Shown: positions 57,100-64,000 of the stretch, piece after piece
Layout of the letters: every line of letters begins with the position of its first letter
Numbering within the stretch: the stretch's first letter is position 1
DNA from: Dehalococcoidia bacterium
GTDB lineage: Bacteria; Chloroflexota; Dehalococcoidia; Bin125
Assembly: GCA_963663895.2 (NCBI GenBank)
Contig: CAXXRD010000003.1
Span: 192,001 to 256,000, forward strand
Direction of reading: 5' to 3'
DNA: 64,000 nt
The notes under the pieces: generated by a model
The model's input: only the letters and a program-made list of their open reading frames with translations
The model's database searches: none
What the model was told of the DNA's origin: nothing
Position numbers and translations under genes: made by a program

Positions 57100-57339
57100 A
57101 TGCCGCTGTACGAATACTATTGCCGGAACTGCGCCACCAAGTTCACACAGCTCCGGCCAATCAGCGCTGCAGGCGAGCCCAGCGAGTGCGACTACGGACA
57201 CCCCGCCGCGCCAGTCCTAACCGTCGGCGTCCAGGTGCAAAGCAGTGCCCAAGCGCAAGGTGCCTCCACGCCCGAACCCTTAATGAGTGGTGGCTGCGCT
57301 TGCGGACGGGGCGGCTGCGGCTGTGGGGCACTGAACTAA
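57100..57339 (+). CDS. FmdB-family zinc-ribbon protein with Cys/Gly tail
   Basis: MPLYEYYCRNC...CDYGH...GGCACGRGGCGCG. Confidence 0.88.
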   Translation: MPLYEYYCRNCATKFTQLRPISAAGEPSECDYGHPAAPVLTVGVQVQSSAQAQGASTPEPLMSGGCACGRGGCGCGALN

Positions 57340-58079
57340 ACGGCGTCCAGCCTACCCGCTCCCAGTCCCTCATCCACGTGGGCACCCCAGCGCAACGCGC
57401 CCCAACCCATCAATCCGACAACGACGGCCGTTCCGATAATCGCAGCGCCGATCAGCAACGTGGACTCAAAGAAAAAGTCCTGCGGAAACATCTGAATCAG
57501 CCGGTCGCGGCTGGATAGCTGCCAGAGATCATTGGTGAAGAAGAGCAGATGAAACTGCCGGAAAGCCTCGTCGAAGCCGCTAACGGCGATGATGCCCAGC
57601 ACGACGATCGCCCCCGTCACCATGGCTCCCGCCAGGCGACCAGCGGCTGCAAGAGCCCGTCCAGCCGCGCGGCCACGCCAGATGACCGTCCCGGCAACGA
57701 TCACAACGATCGCACCAAGGCTGCCCCAGCCGGCATCGTAGGTCCGATCGAAGAGCCGCTTGACGTCTCGCAAATGCAGAATCTCCCGTTCGCTCAAGAG
57801 CGGCTCAGCCGCGCCAACCGTATTCGTGACCGTGATATCGGCAAGCTCGTCATTAGAGCGGAAGTAAGCGCGGAGCTCAGCAGCGCCGCGATCGAGTTCG
57901 GCGCGGGGCAGGCCCGTACGCGCTTCGGCGTCGTGCCGATCGAAGCCACGTTCCCACCACCAGCCGGACTGGGCTGTGAACCGCACGGCCAATGAAAGCG
58001 GCAAGATCAGCAAGGAGAGCGCGAACAGGACGACCGCCCCGCGCCACAGCCAGCGCTGCCACTGCGACGTGAATGCCAT
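57336..58079 (-). CDS. DUF1461/TIGR01906 family membrane protein (Lit lipoprotein intramolecular transacylase-like)
   Basis: 4 TM; EILHLRDVK and FHLLFFTNDLW..D.LIQMFP motifs. Confidence 0.85.
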   Translation of the reverse strand: MAFTSQWQRWLWRGAVVLFALSLLILPLSLAVRFTAQSGWWWERGFDRHDAEARTGLPRAELDRGAAELRAYFRSNDELADITVTNTVGAAEPLLSEREILHLRDVKRLFDRTYDAGWGSLGAIVVIVAGTVIWRGRAAGRALAAAGRLAGAMVTGAIVVLGIIAVSGFDEAFRQFHLLFFTNDLWQLSSRDRLIQMFPQDFFFESTLLIGAAIIGTAVVVGLMGWGALRWGAHVDEGLGAGRLDAV

Positions 58080-58167
58080 GGCCATCCTCACGGTGCCAGT
58101 CCCGAGGCTCAGCTAGGCTGGCCACGATGTCAGATCGCTCTACCCACTGCATTGTACGGAGACCCGT

Positions 58168-59217
58168 GTGAACATCGGCGCCTCCATTGAGACGCTCGCC
58201 GTAGCCGCGGGCATCGCGCTGCGTGAAGGGCTGCAAGTGGGAGCGATATCCGCTCTAGTGCCGGATCCCTCCCATCCCGCGCTGCTCCTGATCGACGCCC
58301 CGATCGCCCCATCCCGTCTCCGTCGATATCCCCTCGATACCGAAGTGCAAGTGATCGTGGAGGAGAACGGGAGTCTGCGCACCGAGACGCTCGAAATCCA
58401 AGCGCTGCTCGCGGCAGCGAGTCTCCCCCCGCACGCCCGTGCGCTTGTCCTGCCCCGCGTGGCCCCAGAAGCGGTGCGGCACGACCTCGCGGGACTACGG
58501 AGCGTGATCGCCCGCTTGCGCGACCCGGAGAGCGGCTGTCCTTGGGACCTTGAGCAGGACCACCGCAGCTTGCGCCCCCACCTGTTGGAGGAAACCTATG
58601 AGGTGCTCCAGGCACTGGACCGCGATGACCCGCGCGCGCTCCGCGAAGAGCTCGGTGACCTCATGATGCAGGTTTTCCTGCATGCGCAGATCGCCGAAGG
58701 GGACGGGCAGTTCGATATCGACGATGTCGCGGAGGGCATCCGAGCCAAGCTGATCCGACGTCACCCGCACGTGTTCGGCGATGCCCAAGCAGCAGACGCC
58801 AGCGCGGTCGTCGAAAACTGGGACCGGCTCAAGGCGGCGGAGCGCACCGTCGGCAACGCAGAGGCGTCCGCGCTTGATGGCGTACCACAGACGCTGCCGG
58901 CCCTGGCACGTGCACAGAGTTTGGCGGGGCGCGCGGCACGCCAAGGCTTTGCGCCGAGCGACGGCCCGGCGTCCGCCCTCGCAGCGGCGGTTCCCAAAGA
59001 CGCCAACTCGTGGGGGGAGCTGCTCTTCATGCTCGCGCGGCTGGCGCAGCGGGAAGAGATTCAGCTCGAGGATGCCCTGCGCGAGGCAGCCGATCGATTC
59101 GAAGCGCGCTTTCGCGCCCTCGAGGCGGCCCTCCGCAGCGAAGGCGTCGCCCTATCCGAGCTCACCACGGCCGAACTCGCGGAGCGGTGGGCCCGCACCG
59201 CCCGCGCGCACCCCTAA
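58168..59217 (+). CDS. mazG: MazG nucleoside triphosphate pyrophosphohydrolase (YabN-like, reduced N-terminus)
   Basis: LRDPESGCPWD, LLEETYEV, EELGDL, KLIRRHPHVFG. Confidence 0.92.
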   Translation: MNIGASIETLAVAAGIALREGLQVGAISALVPDPSHPALLLIDAPIAPSRLRRYPLDTEVQVIVEENGSLRTETLEIQALLAAASLPPHARALVLPRVAPEAVRHDLAGLRSVIARLRDPESGCPWDLEQDHRSLRPHLLEETYEVLQALDRDDPRALREELGDLMMQVFLHAQIAEGDGQFDIDDVAEGIRAKLIRRHPHVFGDAQAADASAVVENWDRLKAAERTVGNAEASALDGVPQTLPALARAQSLAGRAARQGFAPSDGPASALAAAVPKDANSWGELLFMLARLAQREEIQLEDALREAADRFEARFRALEAALRSEGVALSELTTAELAERWARTARAHP

Positions 59218-61451
59218 GAGGAAAGCACGTCCATAGGCGCCAGCGAGAGCATCAGCTTCTTGACGCCGGCTTCCTCGAAATCCACGGTCACCTCCTGATC
59301 GTCCTTGACGTCCTTGCGATCAACCACGACGCCGGGGCCGAAGGTCGCGTGATGCACGCGCGTCCCGACCGGAACGCGCGCCAACGGTTCCACATCGACG
59401 CCGTCGTATTCATCCCACGCGTGAGCGCGGCGGGCGGGAGGAGCCGTCGCAGGCGCAGTGGCCGTAGGCGTCGCCCGGCCCCGCGCATCAATAGCGTCCG
59501 CGGGGATATCGGCCAGGTAGCGTGAGCGTGGATTATGGCCGGCGTTGCCGGCGAGCGCGCGTCGAAACGCATAGAGCAAGTACAGGCGCCGCTGCGCGCG
59601 CGTGATACCCACGTAGCAGAGGCGCCGCTCCTCCTCCAAGGAGTCCGGATCATCGAACGCGCGGATATGTGGAAGCACGCCTTCCTCCACGCCGACGAGG
59701 AAGACGACCGGGAACTCCAGCCCCTTCGCGGTATGGAGCGTAAGGAGGGAGACCGCGTTGGGCGAGCCGCTATCGAGATCGTCTTGGTCGGAGACCAGCG
59801 CCACGCTCTCCAGGAACGCCGGCAGCGCGCGATCGTGCGGCAGCCCATCGTATTCGCCAGCGACGGTGCCCAACTCCCGGAGATTCTCCCAGCGCTCTTC
59901 GGCGTCGTCGAACTCGTCGAAGAGGTGCTCTTGATAGCCGGTCTTCCGCAGCACGAAGTCCAACAGCTCCACGACGGTAGCCTCGCTGGCCAGCCGCCTC
60001 CCTTCCTCGATCATCTCGACGAACGCCTGCAGCGGAGGCACGGCCCGCGACACAACCTCGGGACCGTCGATCTCGCCGACGGCCGCGGCCGCTCGAAAGG
60101 CGGAGAGGTTGCGCTCGCCCCCCCACGCAACCAGCACCTCCTGGGTGCGCTTGCCGATTCCCCGGCCAGGCACGTTGACGATGCGAGCAAAGGAGACCGA
60201 GTCGCTCGGATTGTGGAGCAACCGTAGATAGGCGAGTAGATCCTTGACCTCCTTCCGCTCGTAGAAGCTGGTAGCGCCGACCAGGCGATAGGGCAGTTTC
60301 GCATCGCGGAACGCCGCCTCCAGCACGCGTGACTGGGCGTTGGTGCGGTACATGACGGCGACGTCACCCGGCTCCCACTCAGCCGCCGCCCAGTGGCGCT
60401 GCAGCTCATCGACGACGAACTGGGCTTCCTCGACCTCGTTATAGGCCTCGTGAACGACGGGTGGATCGCCGGCTTCGTTCTCGGTCCAAAGCGACTTGTG
60501 CAAACGCTGCGCCGCCTTTTGGATCACAGCGTCGGCGACACGCAGGATCGCCTTGGTCGATCGGTAATTCTGCTCCAAGCGAACCACCTTCGCCTGCGGA
60601 TGGTCGCGCTCGAAGTGCAAGATGTTGCGGATATCGGCCGCCCGCCAGGAGTAGATCGATTGGTCGGGGTCGCCGACAACGGTCAGGTTTCCGGTGCCCG
60701 CCGCCCATGCACGCGCCAACCAGTACTGCACCAGGTTGGTGTCCTGGAATTCGTCGACGAGCACGTGCCGGTAACGGTTCTGGTAGCGGTCGCGCACCTC
60801 CGGGACCTCCTCGAATAGCTCCAGAGCGCGCAGAAGGAGATCGTCAAAGTCAAGGCCGCCGTTGACAGCCAGCCGATCCGTGTAGTGCTCGAAGACGCGG
60901 GCCACGATCTCCTCGAAATAGCTGCCGCTGCGCCCCTGCAGGTCAGTAGGCGAGAGCCCTTCGCTCTTTGCCTTGGAGACGCCATGGAGCAAAGCGCGCG
61001 GAGCGTATCGCTTCGGATCGATGCCGAGCGCCGAAACCGCTTGCTTGACGAGCTCCAACTGGTCGGCGGTATCGAAGATGTTGAAGTTGGGATCGATCCC
61101 AAGCGTCTGACCGTCGCGGCGAAGCATGCGAGCACAGACCGCGTGAAACGTACCAAGCGTGAGGCCGTCTGCCTCGTGGCCGAGCAGCGTCTGCACGCGC
61201 TCCCGCATCTCCCGCGCCGCTTTGTTGGTGAATGTGACGGCGAGCATCTCCCAAGGAGCAACGTCGCCCTGGAGCAGGTAGGCGATGCGGTACGCGATCA
61301 CGCGCGTCTTTCCGCTCCCCGGCCCCGCCAGCACAAGCAGCGGACCACCCGGAACCACGACTGCGTCAGCCTGCGCGGGGCTGAGCCCTTGGAGAAATCG
61401 CTCTGGCTGGCCGCCGGTCGAGTCGTGCGCGGCCGGAAACGCCTCAGTCAT
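59214..61451 (-). CDS. pcrA: ATP-dependent DNA helicase PcrA/UvrD
   Basis: AGPGSGKT, TFTNKAA, VDEFQDTN, GDPDQSIY, QNYRS, HTAKGLEF, EERRLCYVGITRA. Confidence 0.97.
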   Translation of the reverse strand: MTEAFPAAHDSTGGQPERFLQGLSPAQADAVVVPGGPLLVLAGPGSGKTRVIAYRIAYLLQGDVAPWEMLAVTFTNKAAREMRERVQTLLGHEADGLTLGTFHAVCARMLRRDGQTLGIDPNFNIFDTADQLELVKQAVSALGIDPKRYAPRALLHGVSKAKSEGLSPTDLQGRSGSYFEEIVARVFEHYTDRLAVNGGLDFDDLLLRALELFEEVPEVRDRYQNRYRHVLVDEFQDTNLVQYWLARAWAAGTGNLTVVGDPDQSIYSWRAADIRNILHFERDHPQAKVVRLEQNYRSTKAILRVADAVIQKAAQRLHKSLWTENEAGDPPVVHEAYNEVEEAQFVVDELQRHWAAAEWEPGDVAVMYRTNAQSRVLEAAFRDAKLPYRLVGATSFYERKEVKDLLAYLRLLHNPSDSVSFARIVNVPGRGIGKRTQEVLVAWGGERNLSAFRAAAAVGEIDGPEVVSRAVPPLQAFVEMIEEGRRLASEATVVELLDFVLRKTGYQEHLFDEFDDAEERWENLRELGTVAGEYDGLPHDRALPAFLESVALVSDQDDLDSGSPNAVSLLTLHTAKGLEFPVVFLVGVEEGVLPHIRAFDDPDSLEEERRLCYVGITRAQRRLYLLYAFRRALAGNAGHNPRSRYLADIPADAIDARGRATPTATAPATAPPARRAHAWDEYDGVDVEPLARVPVGTRVHHATFGPGVVVDRKDVKDDQEVTVDFEEAGVKKLMLSLAPMDVLSS

Positions 61452-61619
61452 CACTGCCGCGGTCTCGGCGTCGCATAGCGGCGAGAGTAGCACACGTGTT
61501 CGTCTCAGCCCCGGCCAAGGACATTAGCACCGTGAGACGCTAAGGTGGGTACTGGTGGGCAACTTGGGTGCCGCGCTTCCTTCGCGTCGGCGGCGGGGTC
61601 GGTTTCGAACGAGGTGACG

Positions 61620-62384
61620 ATGCTTCTCCCAGCCATCAGTTGGCCGGGAGGCAGCCCTGAGAACACCGGCATCATCGCCGGCGTCATCGTTGGCGCGTAT
61701 CTCAGCGCACTCTGGCTGGCTGCCATCCTTTGGACCATTCGGGACATCCGCGAGCGGTCGCAAGACCCGGTAACCCAGTTCATCGCCGTCTCTACCGTCA
61801 TCCTATTCAGCCTGGCGGGCTGGGTTCTGTATCTCGTCTTGCGGCCCGGCATCACGATCGCCGAAGTGTACGACCGCCAACTCGAAGAGGAAGCGCTCCT
61901 GCAGGACCTCCAGCACCAGCTCGCCTGCCCGCAATGCGGAGTGGACGTGCAGGAGGATTTCGTCGCCTGTCCCCACTGCGCGACCGCCCTCAAGGCGCTT
62001 TGTCATAGTTGCTCGCGGCCGCTGCCATTCACCTGGCGCATCTGCCCGTGGTGCTCGGCGGCGCGGCAGTCGGCGCCGAGCCTGACCACACCGGAGCCCG
62101 CTGCGCCACTCCCTGCACAGGCCGCGACTGCACCGGAATCCCCCGCGCCGCCTGCAGATCAGCCCACGAAGCCGGTCACAGACCCCGGCTCATCGCCGAC
62201 GCAGATCGCGACGGCTCCCATCCCACCACTAGCCGGCGGCAAAGAGCCGACTTCCTCAGCGGATCCGGACTCGCCAAGCAGCCAGCCACGCCGACGCAGA
62301 ATCCTGCAGCGTCCGGAATCCGAACCGGCGGCTACGAACGGGTCTCCCCAAAAGCCACCGCTCGCGAGCCCCTGGTCACGCTAA
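61620..62384 (+). CDS. Membrane protein with double zinc ribbon and Pro-rich tail
   Basis: RBS GAGGTG; 2 TM, then CPQC..CPHC..CHSC..CPWC. Confidence 0.8.
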   Translation: MLLPAISWPGGSPENTGIIAGVIVGAYLSALWLAAILWTIRDIRERSQDPVTQFIAVSTVILFSLAGWVLYLVLRPGITIAEVYDRQLEEEALLQDLQHQLACPQCGVDVQEDFVACPHCATALKALCHSCSRPLPFTWRICPWCSAARQSAPSLTTPEPAAPLPAQAATAPESPAPPADQPTKPVTDPGSSPTQIATAPIPPLAGGKEPTSSADPDSPSSQPRRRRILQRPESEPAATNGSPQKPPLASPWSR

Positions 62385-62393
62385 AAGCTGCGC

Positions 62394-63251
62394 TCAGGTA
62401 GCGGCCGATCGGCCCAACCCCAGAAGCCGTTGCAGCGCGTCGAGATCCACATGCTGCTCAACGAGCCGGGCAGCGCGCTCGCGCTTCCGCATGCCGCCGA
62501 ATATTCCCTGCCCGTAGAGAGGACCCAAGCGCTGCACGGCCTCGCTCGTGGTCAGCGCGGTGGCGATCAAAGGGACTTCGTCTTCCCTCGTGCGCTCCAG
62601 AACGTAGCGCAGGGGCTCTCGCCCACCACTCAAGATCAAGCACTCCACATCGACATCAAGCGCAGCGAGCGCGACATCGGGTCGGTCACCGCGCGTTACG
62701 ATCGCTTTCGAGCCCACCGTCGCGAAGTGGACCGACCCGGGATGCGCGGTGATGGGGCCGATCTCGATCCACTCGACCGCCTCGTTGCCGGCGTCTTCGG
62801 GTGCGTCCAGTGACGCCTCCAGAGCCGCCGTCATCTGCTCCAGCGAAGGAGCGGCCAGCAACCGATCTTGGGGGAGCATGCCCACCAGCGTGACGGGCCC
62901 ATCCAAGCGTGCGGCGATCGCCTGCAGGCGCGCGCGCGCCGCCGTCTCCGCTCCTTCCGGAACGGAAGTCAGGATGATCGCGGCCGCGCCGCTTTCGGCC
63001 GCAGCGCGCTCCAAGGTGGCATCATCTGCCTGGCCCTGGCGGACTACGAGAACCACCACATCAGCTCCAGACGCGGCGGTCGCGGGATCGTCGTGCTCAC
63101 GGATCACGACATCGGCAACTGAAGGAGCCGAGTCGTCGCCGGACGTGAGTTGGACACGAGAGCCACGAGAGGCCAGGGCGTCCGTAAGCCCTGCGGCAAC
63201 GGTCGACTTTCCATCGCCCGCCAGCGCTGATGTAACCACCAGGGTAAGCAC
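62394..63251 (-). CDS. DRTGG-domain / BioD-like Pta N-terminal-type protein (no Pta catalytic domain)
   Basis: GDGKST P-loop; AIVTRGDRPDVALAAL..CLILSGG DRTGG pattern. Confidence 0.8.
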   Translation of the reverse strand: MLTLVVTSALAGDGKSTVAAGLTDALASRGSRVQLTSGDDSAPSVADVVIREHDDPATAASGADVVVLVVRQGQADDATLERAAAESGAAAIILTSVPEGAETAARARLQAIAARLDGPVTLVGMLPQDRLLAAPSLEQMTAALEASLDAPEDAGNEAVEWIEIGPITAHPGSVHFATVGSKAIVTRGDRPDVALAALDVDVECLILSGGREPLRYVLERTREDEVPLIATALTTSEAVQRLGPLYGQGIFGGMRKRERAARLVEQHVDLDALQRLLGLGRSAAT

Positions 63252-63336
63252 GAGCGCATACTACCTGTCCTGCGCCGTTCACAGCAGGGGCTGCGGCGCG
63301 GGGCGGCCGCTGTAGTACGCTGCGCAAGCCGCCGAC

Positions 63337-63412
63337 GCCGAGGTAGCTCAGTCGGTAGAGCACACGGCTGAAAACCGTGGGGTCGGCAGTTCGATTCTGC
63401 CCCTCGGCACCA
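63337..63412 (+). tRNA. tRNA-Phe(GAA)
   Basis: Cloverleaf with GCCGAGG/CCTCGGC acceptor stem, CTGAAAA anticodon loop, GTTCGATTC T-loop and encoded CCA. Confidence 0.98.
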
Positions 63413-63470
63413 CATTCCTCCTTAAGAACAACGAGGTGGGAGCCCGTCTGCCGTACGAGAGGCGGCCGGT

Positions 63471-64000
63471 CTAAGCGAGCGCCTCGTAGGCGGCCGCCAG
63501 TGCATCCGCGACGGGCGAGCTTTCGGAAAGCGGCTTCCCATCAATGCGCCGCAGCGAACGCACGCCGACTAGGCTCGAAGTGAGGAACACTTCGCTCGCA
63601 CGATCGAGATCGGCGGAGTGAAGCGGACGTTCGTCGCCCGGCCGACCTTCCTCGCTCAATCGCTGGAGCACGAAAGCGCGGGTGACGCCCGGCAGCACGC
63701 CACGGTCCAGCGGCGGCGTGACGACACGGCCGTCTACCACGGCGAAGAAGTTGGCGAAGTCCGCCTCGGCCAGATCGCCGTCGATCGTGCGGAGGATCGC
63801 GACATCGGCCCCAGCCGCCCACGCAGCGTGGCGAGCGAAGACCCAGCGCAGAGCAGAAGTGGTCTTGTGCGACGCGACCGGGTCGAGCGGGTCGATACGG
63901 GGCGCTTCGATGACCGCCGCGCTCTCCGCGAACACCGCCGCCGGGTCGTAAGGATCGAGCTGAGCGAAGAGCGACGCTTTCTGGGTCGTCGGAGGCGCAA
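63471..64000 (-). CDS. Class IV aminotransferase (PabC/IlvE-like), 5' part outside window
   Basis: HKT, AEADFANFF, TPPL..GVLPGVTR, ASEVFLTSS; frame open to the window end. Confidence 0.88.
   Translation of the reverse strand, partial: APPTTQKASLFAQLDPYDPAAVFAESAAVIEAPRIDPLDPVASHKTTSALRWVFARHAAWAAGADVAILRTIDGDLAEADFANFFAVVDGRVVTPPLDRGVLPGVTRAFVLQRLSEEGRPGDERPLHSADLDRASEVFLTSSLVGVRSLRRIDGKPLSESSPVADALAAAYEALA

Noticed and set aside
63337-63470. Genomic island integrated at tRNA-Phe
   Set aside because: No adjacent integrase, and I saw no duplicated tRNA 3' end in the window.

Overview
GC-rich, gene-dense bacterial chromosomal segment, mostly housekeeping. The host is probably Chloroflexota (Dehalococcoidia-like); this is inferred from the atypical PurN-like protein, the KMGRG EF-P loop, the RpoD architecture and the baseplate-J-like gene between alaS and ruvX. 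The first ~6 kb looks accessory: an NCS2 permease fused to a degenerate RsbW/HATPase-like domain, an orphan amino-acid-binding protein, an MpaB/Lcp-type heme oxygenase and an MMPL transporter. The rest, in order, is: thrS-accC-accB-infC-rpmI-rplT, convergent pheST, moeA, alaS-(baseplate-J-like)-ruvX-mltG-aroE-hyp-aroC-aroKB-acyP, glmU-CNNM-dprA-topA-xerC-aroQ-pepQ-efp-xseAB-PHP-purN-like, surface proteins (2x LTD; Ig/CARDB), rluB-cmk-plsC-ispH-DUF512-glmS, dnaG-rpoD, fmdB, lit-like, mazG, pcrA, a DRTGG protein, tRNA-Phe and a partial class IV aminotransferase. I saw no CRISPR array, IS or prophage. Best leads: (1) a possible NCS2-pseudokinase 'transceptor'; (2) an Arg-tipped (MGRG) EF-P with no known modifier in the window; (3) a membrane-anchored, phage-free baseplate-J-like protein co-transcribed with ruvX/mltG; (4) an MMPL-MpaB lipid/isoprenoid module; (5) a perfect 10-bp palindrome upstream of dnaG-rpoD; (6) a long, switch-like glmU leader. 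All family calls come from motif recognition by eye, with no database searches.
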